In this document: positions 30,659-40,219 of the stretch, one piece after another
How the letters are laid out: the number at the start of each line of letters is the position of its first letter
Numbering within the stretch: position 1 is the stretch's first letter
Assembly (NCBI RefSeq): GCF_054482525.1
Contig: NZ_CM137006.1
Length of the DNA stretch: 64,000 nt
Direction: 5' to 3' (one strand)
Notes under the pieces: model-generated
The model's input: only the letters and a program-made list of their open reading frames with translations
Database searches by the model: none
Told to the model about the DNA's origin: nothing
Made by a program: the position numbers and the translations under genes

Positions 30659-33139
30659 ATGTTGAGAATGACCCCACTTGCATCAGCAATCGTAGCGTTA
30701 TTGCTCGGCATTGAAGCTTATGCAGCTGAAGAAACCTTTGATACCCATTTTATGATAGGTGCAGTGAAAGATCAGCAGGTTGCAAATATTCGTCTTGATG
30801 ATAATCAACCCTTGCCGGGGCAGTATGACATCGATATTTATGTCAATAAGCAATGGCGCGGGAAATATGAGATTATTGTTAAAGACAACCCGCAAGAAAC
30901 ATGTTTATCAAGGGAAATTATCAAGCGGTTAGGCATTAATACCGATAACTTTGCCAGCGGTAAGCAATGTTTAACATTTGAGCAACTTGTTCAGGGTGGG
31001 AGCTATACCTGGGATATCGGAGTTTTTCGTCTCGATTTCAGTGTCCCGCAGGCGTGGGTGGAAGAACTGGAAAGTGGCTATGTTCCACCGGAAAACTGGG
31101 AGCGGGGTATTAATGCGTTTTATACCTCTTATTATGTGAGTCAGTATTACAGCGACTATAAAGCGTCGGGTAATAGTAAGAGTACATATGTACGTTTTAA
31201 CAGCGGGTTAAACTTACTGGGGTGGCAACTGCATTCTGATGCCAGTTTCAGTAAAACAAATAGCAATCCAGGGGTGTGGAAAAGCAATACCCTGTATCTG
31301 GAACGTGGATTTGCCCAACTTCTCGGCACGCTTCGCGTGGGTGATATGTACACATCAAGCGATATTTTTGATTCTGTTCGCTTCAGCGGTGTGCGGTTGT
31401 TTCGTGATATGCAGATGTTGCCTAACTCGAAACAAAATTTTACTCCACGGGTGCAGGGGATTGCTCAGAGTAACGCGCTGGTAACTATTGAACAGAATGG
31501 TTTTGTGGTTTATCAGAAAGAGGTTCCTCCTGGCCCGTTTGCGATTACAGATTTGCAGTTGGCCGGGGGTGGAGCGGATCTTGATGTCAGCGTGAAAGAG
31601 GCGGACGGTTCGGTAACCACCTATCTGGTGCCTTATGCAGCGGTGCCGAATATGCTGCAACCTGGCGTGTCGAAATATGATTTTGCGGCGGGTCGTAGCC
31701 ATATTGAAGGGGCGAGCAAACAAAGTGATTTTGTCCAGGCGGGTTATCAGTATGGTTTTAATAACTTATTGACGCTGTATGGTGGATCGATGGTCGCGAA
31801 TAATTATTACGCGTTCACTTTGGGGACTGGCTGGAATACACGCATTGGTGCCATTTCCGTCGATGCCACGAAGTCGCATAGTAAACAAGACAACGGCGAT
31901 GTGTTTGACGGGCAAAGTTATCAAATTGCCTACAACAAATTTGTGAGCCAAACGTCGACGCGTTTTGGTCTGGCGGCCTGGCGTTATTCGTCGCGTGATT
32001 ACCGGACATTTAACGATCACGTTTGGGCAAACAATAAAGATAATTATCGCCGTGATGAAAACGATATCTATGACATTGCCGATTATTACCAGAACGATTT
32101 TGGCCGTAAAAATAGCTTTTCTGCCAATATGAGCCAGTCATTGCCAGAAGGCTGGGGTTCTGTGTCCTTAAGTACGTTATGGCGAGATTACTGGGGGCGT
32201 AGCGGCAGCAGTAAGGATTATCAGTTGAGTTATTCCTACAACCTGCGACAGATAAGCTATACCCTCGCGGCAAGCCAGGCTTATGACGAGAATCATCATG
32301 AAGAGAAACGTTTTAATATTTTTATATCGATTCCCTTTGATTGGGGTGATGACGTTACGACGCCTCGTCGGCAAATATATATGTCTAACTCAACGACGTT
32401 TGATGATCAGGGTTTTGCCTCAAATAATACGGGATTATCAGGAACCGTTGGAAGCCGGTATCAATTTAACTATGGGGTCAACCTGAGTCATCAGCATCAG
32501 GGAAATGAAACGACAGCTGGAGCGAATTTAACCTGGAACGCGCCGGTGGCAACGGTGAATGGCAGTTATAGTCAGTCGAGTACTTATCGACAGGCTGGAG
32601 CCAGTGTTTCAGGGGGCATTGTCGCCTGGTCGGGTGGCGTTAATCTGGCGAACCGTCTTTCCGAAACGTTTGCTGTGATGAATGCGCCAGGAATTAAAGA
32701 TGCTTATGTCAATGGGCAAAAATATCGCACAACAAACCGTAATGGAGTGGTGGTATACGACGGAATGACACCTTATCGGGAAAATCACCTGATGCTGGAT
32801 GTGTCGCAAAGCGATAGCGAAGCAGAATTACGTGGCAACCGGAAAATTGCCGCCCCTTTTCGCGGCGCGGTTGTACTGGTTAATTTTGATACCGATCAGC
32901 GCAAGCCCTGGTTTATAAAAGCGTTAAGAACGGATGGGCAACCATTAACGTTTGGTTATGAAGTCAATGATATCCATGGTCATAATATTGGCGTTGTCGG
33001 CCAGGGAAGCCAGTTATTTATTCGCACCAATGAAGTACCGCCATCGGTTAATGTAGCAATTGATAAGCAACAAGGACTTTCATGCACAATCACCTTCGGT
33101 AAAGAGATTGATGAAAGTAGAAATTATATTTGCCAGTAA
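30659..33139 (+). CDS. yehB: outer-membrane fimbrial usher
   Basis: 826 aa from MLRMTPLAS. Usher family. RBS aggag. Confidence 0.85.
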   Translation: MLRMTPLASAIVALLLGIEAYAAEETFDTHFMIGAVKDQQVANIRLDDNQPLPGQYDIDIYVNKQWRGKYEIIVKDNPQETCLSREIIKRLGINTDNFASGKQCLTFEQLVQGGSYTWDIGVFRLDFSVPQAWVEELESGYVPPENWERGINAFYTSYYVSQYYSDYKASGNSKSTYVRFNSGLNLLGWQLHSDASFSKTNSNPGVWKSNTLYLERGFAQLLGTLRVGDMYTSSDIFDSVRFSGVRLFRDMQMLPNSKQNFTPRVQGIAQSNALVTIEQNGFVVYQKEVPPGPFAITDLQLAGGGADLDVSVKEADGSVTTYLVPYAAVPNMLQPGVSKYDFAAGRSHIEGASKQSDFVQAGYQYGFNNLLTLYGGSMVANNYYAFTLGTGWNTRIGAISVDATKSHSKQDNGDVFDGQSYQIAYNKFVSQTSTRFGLAAWRYSSRDYRTFNDHVWANNKDNYRRDENDIYDIADYYQNDFGRKNSFSANMSQSLPEGWGSVSLSTLWRDYWGRSGSSKDYQLSYSYNLRQISYTLAASQAYDENHHEEKRFNIFISIPFDWGDDVTTPRRQIYMSNSTTFDDQGFASNNTGLSGTVGSRYQFNYGVNLSHQHQGNETTAGANLTWNAPVATVNGSYSQSSTYRQAGASVSGGIVAWSGGVNLANRLSETFAVMNAPGIKDAYVNGQKYRTTNRNGVVVYDGMTPYRENHLMLDVSQSDSEAELRGNRKIAAPFRGAVVLVNFDTDQRKPWFIKALRTDGQPLTFGYEVNDIHGHNIGVVGQGSQLFIRTNEVPPSVNVAIDKQQGLSCTITFGKEIDESRNYICQ

Positions 33140-33154
33140 TAGTCAGGTGGTTCT

Positions 33155-34189
33155 ATGAAAATTCGCATAATGCTATTTATATTAATGATGATAGTTATGC
33201 CTGTGAGCTATGCGGCATGTTATAGTGAGTTATCTGTTCAGCACAATTTGGTTGTTCAGGGGGATTTTGCACTTAGTCAAACACAAATAGCGACATATGA
33301 GCATAATTTTAATGATTCGTCATGCGTGAGTACAAATACTATCACCCCTATGAGCCCATCGGATATTATTGTTGGACTTTATAACGATACCATTAAATTA
33401 AATTTACATTTTGAATGGACCAATAAAAACAACATCACGTTGTCAAATAATCAGACCAGTTTCACCAGTGGTTATTCGGTAACGGTGACACCTGCGGCCA
33501 GTAATGCAAAAGTGAATGTTTCTGCGGGGGGCGGCGGTTCAGTGATGATTAATGGTGTTGCGACATTATCCAGTGCTTCATCATCGACACGCGGGAGTGC
33601 TGCAGTACAATTTTTACTGTGTTTATTAGGTGGCAAGTCATGGGATGCATGTGTAAATAGCTACAGAAATGCATTGGCACAAAATGCAGGTGTCTATTCC
33701 TTTAATCTGGCATTGTCATATAACCCGATAACCACAACCTGCAAACCGGACGATTTATTAATTACTTTAGAGAGTATTCCCGTTTCACAATTACCAGTCA
33801 CAGGTAACAAAGCAACAATAAATAGTAACAAAGGGGATATTGTTCTGCGTTGTAAAAACTTATTAGGTCAACAAAATCAAACATCACGGAAAATGCAGGT
33901 GTATTTATCAAGTTCTGACTTGTTAAACAACAGCAACACGATACTTAAAGGTGCAAAAGATAATGGCGTAGAATTTGTTCTTGAAAGTAATGGTTCGCCA
34001 GTCACACTTTTAAATATCACTGACAGCAGTAAAGGATACACAAATTTAAAAGAAATTGCGGCGAAGTCAAAACTTACAGATACAACGGTTTCAATTCCGA
34101 TAACAGCCAGTTACTACGTCTACGATACAAACAAAGTTAAATCCGGCGCACTGGAGACAACCGCATTAATCAACGTGAAATACGACTAA
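33155..34189 (+). CDS. yehA: fimbrial adhesin-like tip protein
   Basis: 344 aa with a signal peptide. It is the last gene of the operon. Confidence 0.75.
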   Translation: MKIRIMLFILMMIVMPVSYAACYSELSVQHNLVVQGDFALSQTQIATYEHNFNDSSCVSTNTITPMSPSDIIVGLYNDTIKLNLHFEWTNKNNITLSNNQTSFTSGYSVTVTPAASNAKVNVSAGGGGSVMINGVATLSSASSSTRGSAAVQFLLCLLGGKSWDACVNSYRNALAQNAGVYSFNLALSYNPITTTCKPDDLLITLESIPVSQLPVTGNKATINSNKGDIVLRCKNLLGQQNQTSRKMQVYLSSSDLLNNSNTILKGAKDNGVEFVLESNGSPVTLLNITDSSKGYTNLKEIAAKSKLTDTTVSIPITASYYVYDTNKVKSGALETTALINVKYD

Positions 34190-34245
34190 TAACAAGCAAG
34201 ACGAGCAAGTGGTTAATAATAAAAAATAATAAGGTGTCTGCATTT

Positions 34246-34272
34246 CCCCCTCATGATGAGGGGGCTTTTTTT
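34246..34272 (+). terminator. rho-independent terminator after yehA
   Basis: ccccctcatgatgaggggg followed by ttttttt. Confidence 0.7.
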
Positions 34273-34609
34273 AGCGATGATAAAAAATCTCACCGTCGTA
34301 GGCTTTAACGATTTTACCGTCGGTGTCGCTGATCAACACATATGCGCCACCCATATAGGTCCAGTGCGTCCCGGCATCAGGCGCGGGCAGGTTACGTAAC
34401 TGCCACTGCTTAATGTTGTACTCATCGGTGCGGTACATCTCTGGGACGGTATCGCCTGGTTTGAAATGCTTAAAGTCAGCAATGAAACTACTTAACTCAT
34501 ACTTAGAAATTCCCGAGGTATTGGTCGAACCCGCGGTGGCTGGTGCGGCCCAGGCGGCACTGGTAACCAGCAAAAGCGCACCCAGCAACATCTTATTTTT
34601 AATGGTCAT
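34271..34609 (-). CDS. rcnB: periplasmic Ni/Co homeostasis protein
   Basis: 112 aa from MTIKNKMLLGALLLVTSAAWA (signal peptide). RBS ggagag. The longer 172-aa frame was rejected. Confidence 0.8.
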   Translation of the reverse strand: MTIKNKMLLGALLLVTSAAWAAPATAGSTNTSGISKYELSSFIADFKHFKPGDTVPEMYRTDEYNIKQWQLRNLPAPDAGTHWTYMGGAYVLISDTDGKIVKAYDGEIFYHR

Positions 34610-34827
34610 AAACTCTCCACTTTGGGGATCTGTAATATCAGTCGCATATCTTTCCTGCCATACAATATAACTGACAAGCGATATTTTGTTAGTGATCCCA
34701 TGATTTCGTAAAAAGTGTAAATGAAAGGATGCCCTAAAAGCATCCTTAGCGAGCAGAGAGTCAGCGGAAATAGCTGATTTAAGAATCATCCTGGGCTGAA
34801 GATAACATGCAAGCCTAAAGGATAGAG

Positions 34828-35661
34828 TTATCGCATTATGCCCATAAAGCCATGCACACCCATATACACACCAACTAAGCCAATCAACAGACTGGAAAAA
34901 TAGGGGGCGCGTTTAGCGAGAGTGTTAAATCCGCTCCAGCGTTTTGCGACCTGCTGAACGCTGATTGCTGCGCCAACGCCTACGGTGACCAGCGTTAACG
35001 CCAGGCCGATGCTGAAACTGACGACCAGTGTTGCGCCCAGTGTCAGGGCTTTCAACTGAATGCAAATCAACAGCACGGTAATTGCTGCCGGGCAGGGGAT
35101 AAGGCCACCGGTTAAGCCAAATAACAAAATTTGCCAGTTGGTGACCTCTCTACCATCAAAGCGTCGTTTAATGTCATTGGCATGGGCTCGTGCATGAGCA
35201 TCCTGATACTCCCCATGTTCGTGATGGTGATGATGTCCATGGTCGTGGTGATCTTCGTGATCGTGATGATGATGGTGATGATGCTCATGATCATGCCCGT
35301 GCATATTCTCCAGCCAGTTGCGTTCGCCGCGCCAGGTACGCCAGAACATCCAGAACGCGGTGCCAATAATGATCACCGCGGAAATCAACTGGAGCCACGG
35401 TTCTGCTGATTGAGCAGTAAAGCGCTTACTGATCACCATCCCGCCAAAGGCAATCAACCAGACCACCGCGGTATGCGAAATGGTTGCTGCCAGTCCGAGC
35501 ATCACCGCCTGTTTAATGGTGCCTTTGATGGCGATGATAAACGCCGCCATCATCGTTTTTGAGTGCCCTGGTTCCAGGCCATGAAGCGCACCAAGTAAGA
35601 TGGCGCTGGGGATGAAGAACCAGGCGTTTCCTTGCTGAAGAAGAGTGGTAAATTCGGTCAT
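34828..35661 (-). CDS. rcnA: nickel/cobalt efflux permease with His-rich loop
   Basis: 277 aa. Poly-His loop HEHHHHHHHDHEDHHDHGHHHHHEH. NicO family. Confidence 0.85.
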   Translation of the reverse strand: MTEFTTLLQQGNAWFFIPSAILLGALHGLEPGHSKTMMAAFIIAIKGTIKQAVMLGLAATISHTAVVWLIAFGGMVISKRFTAQSAEPWLQLISAVIIIGTAFWMFWRTWRGERNWLENMHGHDHEHHHHHHHDHEDHHDHGHHHHHEHGEYQDAHARAHANDIKRRFDGREVTNWQILLFGLTGGLIPCPAAITVLLICIQLKALTLGATLVVSFSIGLALTLVTVGVGAAISVQQVAKRWSGFNTLAKRAPYFSSLLIGLVGVYMGVHGFMGIMR

Positions 35662-35698
35662 GATAATAATTCTTAGTATTAATTCGGCAATCCGATTC

Positions 35699-35733
35699 TA
35701 CTCCCCCCCAGTACCTGATACTACCCCCCAGTA
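35699..35733. promoter_or_regulatory. two RcnR operator sites (TACT-C7-AGTA and TACT-AC6-AGTA) in the rcnA–rcnR divergent intergenic region
   Basis: tactcccccccagta and tactaccccccagta match the published TACT-G6-N-AGTA RcnR operator type on the opposite strand. Confidence 0.7.
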
Positions 35734-35781
35734 GATTAATAGTGCTATGATTTTTCATGTTCTTGTTAACCAGGTGTTGCC

Positions 35782-36054
35782 ATGTCTCATACCATCCGTG
35801 ATAAACAGAAACTGAAAGCGCGTGCCAGTAAGATTCAGGGCCAGGTCGTGGCGCTCAAGAAAATGCTCGACGAGCCGCACGAATGCGCTGCAGTTTTACA
35901 ACAGATTGCTGCTATCCGTGGCGCGGTAAACGGTCTGATGCGGGAAGTGATTAAAGGTCATCTGACGGAACACATCGTTCACCAGGGGGATGAGCTAAAA
36001 CGTGAAGAAGATCTGGATGTCGTTCTGAAGGTGCTGGATTCTTATATCAAATAA
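35782..36054 (+). CDS. rcnR: Ni/Co-responsive repressor (CsoR/RcnR family)
   Basis: 90 aa, [35 protein letters not shown]... Confidence 0.85.
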
Positions 36055-36142
36055 TTTATTAACGCTATTGTAAAACTGCCGTTTTTCCTCGTTTACAACG
36101 GGTGCGCTGGACATTACCATCCTCCTCTGCGATTTATCATCG

Positions 36143-36224
36143 CAACCAAACGACTCGGGGTGCCCTTCTGCGTGAAGGCTGAGAAATACCCGTATCACCT
36201 GATCTGGATAATGCCAGCGTAGGG
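36143..36224. repeat. attL-like 82-bp direct repeat: duplicated 5' part of the thiM TPP-riboswitch aptamer
   Basis: Identical to 44033..44114. It lies between rcnR and an integrase gene. Confidence 0.85.
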
Positions 36225-36307
36225 GGCCAAAATAGTCTTGAAAATTATGTGGTTGTATCTCTTTTTGACCATAAATCATGCTGTTAAGGTACAAAAAGGG
36301 GTCGTTT

Positions 36308-37615
36308 ATGAGGTCAAGAACTCTCCCATACACATTTCAGCGAAACGGTAATTACTATCTACAAATCCGGCTTTCGGATGGTCGGATATACAAAAAATCA
36401 CTTTTTACTGACAGTTATCGCGAAGCATCGGCGTTGATGATTGGCCTTACTCCGCACATTCCTTTCGTTAAATCACTCGCTACTCCGTTGCCGCAATTTA
36501 ATAAGTTTGTTTCAAACTTGATCGCTTCGTCACGTAACGTAATGATTCCGTTGCCACTCCCTCAGCAATTGAACAATATTTCTAAAGAAGTTTTGCAGCT
36601 TCAACCACCAGCCAAACCGGAAAAGGTACTAACACTTGCTGATGCGTGGGCTATGTACAAGGAGGAAAGAGGTCGAAATTGGACAAAATCGATCTCAATA
36701 GCAAATGAGCGTTATATGGAGGTATTGCTTGTTGTCTTGGGAAAAGAAACAGACGTAACGGCAATCACCAAACAAGATATTAAGCGAGTAATGGAAACTG
36801 TCGAAAACTTACCAAAGCGTGTAGTGCAACCGTATAGGTCAATGACTATTCAGCAACTAATCGAATGTGATGATGTGCTGCCAGAGGATTTAGTTGGTGC
36901 TGAGGCTGTACATAAGCACCTTAAAATCTACAAATCGTTATTCAAAACATTTCTGACTGAAAACAAAGATATTCTATCTAAGTCTCCGACTGATGGAATA
37001 GTAGCGGCACCATCCAAAGCTAGGTTTGGTGCATACAGTGCAGCAGAAATGAAAAAATTTGTAGGATGGGCACTAAAGCAGCCTGATGGATGGCAGAAGT
37101 GGATCACTTTGTTGTTGGCGTACACAGGAGCCAGAAGAGGTGAGATTGCTAAACTGGAGAAGTCGCAGATCAAATTTGATGAAGATAGCCAGCGGCACTA
37201 TCTTCTGATCGCGGAAAGAAGGCTGGGTAAAACTGAGAATGCTACAAGACAGGTAGTGATTCATCCCAAACTGATTGAGTGGGGGTTTCTGGATTTTGTT
37301 AACCGCCAATGGAAAGAGAAAATCTTTTCGGAAGTCTCAGGTCGAAATATGTCAAAGATAGGTAAAGTTCTTTCAGATGTTCGTGATCAGCTTGATATTC
37401 CTTATCTTGATGATTATGGGCAGCGGCGCTTGGTGCATAGTTTCCGGCATACTATGATTTCTACTTGTTTAGCTGGTTGGGTGAGTAATTTGGCGCATCT
37501 GCAACAGGTGGTAGGTCATGAAAAGAGTGGAGTAGGGATTACCCAGCGTTATCTGCACACATTCCCACTTTCCACCGTTTGTTATGTGATCGATGGTCTT
37601 TGTTGGGAGACTTAG
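36308..37615 (+). CDS. tyrosine-type site-specific integrase
   Basis: 435 aa from MRSRTL, using the start downstream of RBS aaaagggg; the alternative start is at 36278. The C-terminal catalytic region has R...HSFRHT...Y (VHSFRHTMIS, ITQRYLH) and sits next to an att repeat. Confidence 0.8.
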   Translation: MRSRTLPYTFQRNGNYYLQIRLSDGRIYKKSLFTDSYREASALMIGLTPHIPFVKSLATPLPQFNKFVSNLIASSRNVMIPLPLPQQLNNISKEVLQLQPPAKPEKVLTLADAWAMYKEERGRNWTKSISIANERYMEVLLVVLGKETDVTAITKQDIKRVMETVENLPKRVVQPYRSMTIQQLIECDDVLPEDLVGAEAVHKHLKIYKSLFKTFLTENKDILSKSPTDGIVAAPSKARFGAYSAAEMKKFVGWALKQPDGWQKWITLLLAYTGARRGEIAKLEKSQIKFDEDSQRHYLLIAERRLGKTENATRQVVIHPKLIEWGFLDFVNRQWKEKIFSEVSGRNMSKIGKVLSDVRDQLDIPYLDDYGQRRLVHSFRHTMISTCLAGWVSNLAHLQQVVGHEKSGVGITQRYLHTFPLSTVCYVIDGLCWET

Positions 37616-37743
37616 TTATTCGTGTATCCTTCTTAGTGTATAACCAGCTAATAATTTGTAGATTTTTATTGTCTGAGATCAAAAATTTTCACAACTAATT
37701 TACAATAATAACTTAAGATGAATTTAGGCTTAGTGAGTCTTCT

Positions 37744-38469
37744 ATGGTTAAAAATTTAGGCAAAAAATACAAGTATGGCGATCAACCGATAAGAGCTATT
37801 ACCATACAGATAATTGCTAATCAGTTTGGTGGGGCTGCAACGGCTAAGCAGGTAGATGATTATCTTAGAAAGCTATTTCCATCTTATAAAGATAATACTT
37901 GGCTCAATTTAATTGCTAATACAGTTAATTGTAAGCGGAGCTACTGGAGTTTCAACAAAACTGCCCGACGAACTGATGATGTAACTCATCGGCATCATAA
38001 GTATGACCGATTGTTCAAGCGTGGAAATATTTTTGAAATCTATCAACCATCTGTGCACGGTATTTGGGAATTATACCAGGATTTAGAAGGGATGTGGCGT
38101 TATCGTCAAGTAAAATCGGTTTTCGAAGAAGCTGTTGAGACGGCTGCAAAATTATCTTCAGTGGAACGAAAGCAAATTTTAGCGACAGAAAGTAAAATCC
38201 CGGAACTAATCGAAGTAACAACACGAGTTTATAAACGAAGCCCATATGTAGTTGCTGAAGTTCTTTTGAGAGCAAATGGAAAATGTCAATATTGTAAGCG
38301 AGATGCTCCTTTTCTAAAGGAAGATGGTACTCCATTTCTAGAAGTTCATCATATTGAGTGGCTTTCAAAGGGGGGGGAGGACTCTGTGGAAAATGCTATT
38401 GCATTATGTCCTAATTGCCATAGACAAGCCCATTATGGCGATCTGACATTACTACCTGTTAATAAATAG
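37744..38469 (+). CDS. McrA-like HNH endonuclease (putative type IV modification-dependent restriction enzyme)
   Basis: The C-terminal motif CQYCKRDAPFLKEDGTPFLEVHHIEWLSKGGEDSVENAIALCPNCHRQAHYGD is a close pattern match to the McrA HNH region. The N-terminal roughly 150 aa are unrelated to any family I recognise. Confidence 0.55.
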   Translation: MVKNLGKKYKYGDQPIRAITIQIIANQFGGAATAKQVDDYLRKLFPSYKDNTWLNLIANTVNCKRSYWSFNKTARRTDDVTHRHHKYDRLFKRGNIFEIYQPSVHGIWELYQDLEGMWRYRQVKSVFEEAVETAAKLSSVERKQILATESKIPELIEVTTRVYKRSPYVVAEVLLRANGKCQYCKRDAPFLKEDGTPFLEVHHIEWLSKGGEDSVENAIALCPNCHRQAHYGDLTLLPVNK

Positions 38470-38546
38470 GCTTGATGAAAGTTCTATTTCTATATTTTTC
38501 AATATACAAATTTCCCCAAAAACGGCGTGAATATCACGCCGATCAA

Positions 38547-38894
38547 TCATACTTCAGAACACATACTCAATGTGTAAACAGCCATCTCCCCATCGGGATT
38601 AGAAGGGCGTAATACAAATATCGGTATACTGCCATTGTCAATGTATGTGGCTGCAACCCCTCCGTCAGGTGTAGCATACATCTTTGCGATGCTTTTTTGA
38701 CCTACAAAATCAAGTCTCCAAGTTTTACCGCCAAGATTTATGGTCATTTTTTTATCTTGTATATCAAAAGTTGAATCTACAGAAACTTTCTGACTTCCCG
38801 AGTCAATATGACCTTCCTGTATTGCTTTACAGGAAAAGGTTGTGGCGTGGCCCATCACTGGAATTAACAAAGCGGCAAATACTAGTTTTTTCAT
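38547..38894 (-). CDS. small secreted protein (signal peptide MKKLVFAALLIPVMGHA)
   Basis: 115 aa from MKKL. RBS aagggagacaa. Convergent with the HNH gene. Confidence 0.5.
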   Translation of the reverse strand: MKKLVFAALLIPVMGHATTFSCKAIQEGHIDSGSQKVSVDSTFDIQDKKMTINLGGKTWRLDFVGQKSIAKMYATPDGGVAATYIDNGSIPIFVLRPSNPDGEMAVYTLSMCSEV

Positions 38895-39004
38895 TTGTCT
38901 CCCTTGGTGTGTCAAATGGATGGTGATGCTAATAATACATGATTGATTCAAAATGTCACGATTAGTGCGTGGTTAATTGGTGCGTCAAATTGCATCTTTG
39001 TGCC

Positions 39005-39469
39005 ATGCGAAAGAATCTGAGATACCTTTTTGGACAACGAGTAAAAGAGTTCCGTATAGCTATTGGCTTAAGCCAAGAGGCCTTTGCAGATCGGTGTGGT
39101 TTTGCACGTAGTTATATGAGTCGAATTGAGCGTGGTTGCTCTAATGCATCTCTTGATGCAATTGAGGTTCTGGCTGACGCTTTGCGTATTGAGCCTTGGC
39201 AGTTACTGGCTTCTGATTCAAGGAAACCTGATGATCAGGAGGTACTTGTTCCTTATGCTGCAGATGGGTCGTGTTTTCATCCAGGATTGGCAAGTACTCG
39301 CGATGGTTCGTTTAGAGTAGGGGAAAAATCAGCCCAGAAACGTTTCAGTTCGTTCAATGAAGCTCTCGAATACCTTCGTGGAATGGAAACCGCGAAGTGG
39401 CGTAGGCCTAATGCTAGTGGTAATTGGGGAATTGTATCTGCGGTTAAATGGGATCGACTGAATCAATAA
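39005..39469 (+). CDS. XRE-family HTH transcriptional regulator with a C-terminal extension
   Basis: HTH reads LRYLFGQRVKEFRIAIGLSQEAFADRCGFARSYMSRIERG. 154 aa. Confidence 0.65.
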   Translation: MRKNLRYLFGQRVKEFRIAIGLSQEAFADRCGFARSYMSRIERGCSNASLDAIEVLADALRIEPWQLLASDSRKPDDQEVLVPYAADGSCFHPGLASTRDGSFRVGEKSAQKRFSSFNEALEYLRGMETAKWRRPNASGNWGIVSAVKWDRLNQ

Positions 39470-39635
39470 GATATCAGTAATTTTCGGGCCACTCCACAAG
39501 GCAATAAGTGGCTTAGTGGTGATTATCGAAGGGGAATACAAGCGAGCACCTAGGCACCATTGCAAGAACCGCTCAACGCTGAGATCAGCAAGCCCCGATT
39601 TTTGCCGACCGTCCCTGTCAAATATCAAGGAGGCA

Positions 39636-40187
39636 TTACGCCACCTGCTCTTTCTTGATACGTTGCACCGTCTGCGTGCTGACACTGAAATCTTTTGCTA
39701 CGCTCCGAATTGAGCCACCATTCGCGAGAGCGGCAGCAATTCCCGCTCGATCAATTGCTTTTCCATTACCACGTTTTGCTATACGTCCAGCGGCCTTGGC
39801 TGCGGCGATCCCTTCACGTTGACGCTCAAGCATCATTTCACGTTCCATTTGTGCCACTGCTGCAAGAACTGTGAGCATCATATTCCCTGCGGGAGAGTTC
39901 TTTCCTGTCTTAAAGTCTTCTTTATGGAAATGCACAGACACGCCGCGCTTTGTTAATTGCTCTACAGTTGCCAGAAGGTCGGCTGTATTACGACAAAGGC
40001 GATCAATACTATGGACGTGTAACACGTCACCCTCCCGCACATAGTTCATCATTGCCTCAAACTGTGGGCGCTGAGTGTTCTTGCCTGACGCTTTATCTTC
40101 AAAGACTTTATCAAGAGTTACTCCTGCTAATTGACGGTCTGTGTTTTGTTGCACAGTCGATACCCTAATGTATCCAATATTAGCCAT
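39636..40187 (-). CDS. small serine recombinase (resolvase/invertase family)
   Basis: N-terminal catalytic motif IGYIRVSTVQQNTDRQ with the active-site Ser. The C-terminal HTH reads SIRSVAKDFSVSTQTVQRI. 183 aa. Confidence 0.8.
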   Translation of the reverse strand: MANIGYIRVSTVQQNTDRQLAGVTLDKVFEDKASGKNTQRPQFEAMMNYVREGDVLHVHSIDRLCRNTADLLATVEQLTKRGVSVHFHKEDFKTGKNSPAGNMMLTVLAAVAQMEREMMLERQREGIAAAKAAGRIAKRGNGKAIDRAGIAAALANGGSIRSVAKDFSVSTQTVQRIKKEQVA

Positions 40188-40219
40188 CTTCTTTTTTCTT
40201 CTGTATTGATTTGTGTGTA

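Noticed and set aside
34271-34789. 172-aa frame for rcnB
   Set aside because: The signal peptide and RBS are at the internal Met (MTIKNKMLLG...). The upstream extension is untranslated leader.
35131-35409. His/Met-rich ORFs on both strands and an apparent simple-sequence repeat (catgatcat / gtgatg runs) around 35200..35300
   Set aside because: This is the natural poly-histidine loop of the RcnA metal efflux protein. The repeats are codon repeats inside a bona fide CDS, not an SSR locus or a separate gene.
36143-36224. Left 82-bp copy considered as a second functional TPP riboswitch controlling a thi gene
   Set aside because: It lacks the expression platform, and no thi gene follows. It is a target-site duplication at the island boundary, although it may still influence int expression (see findings).
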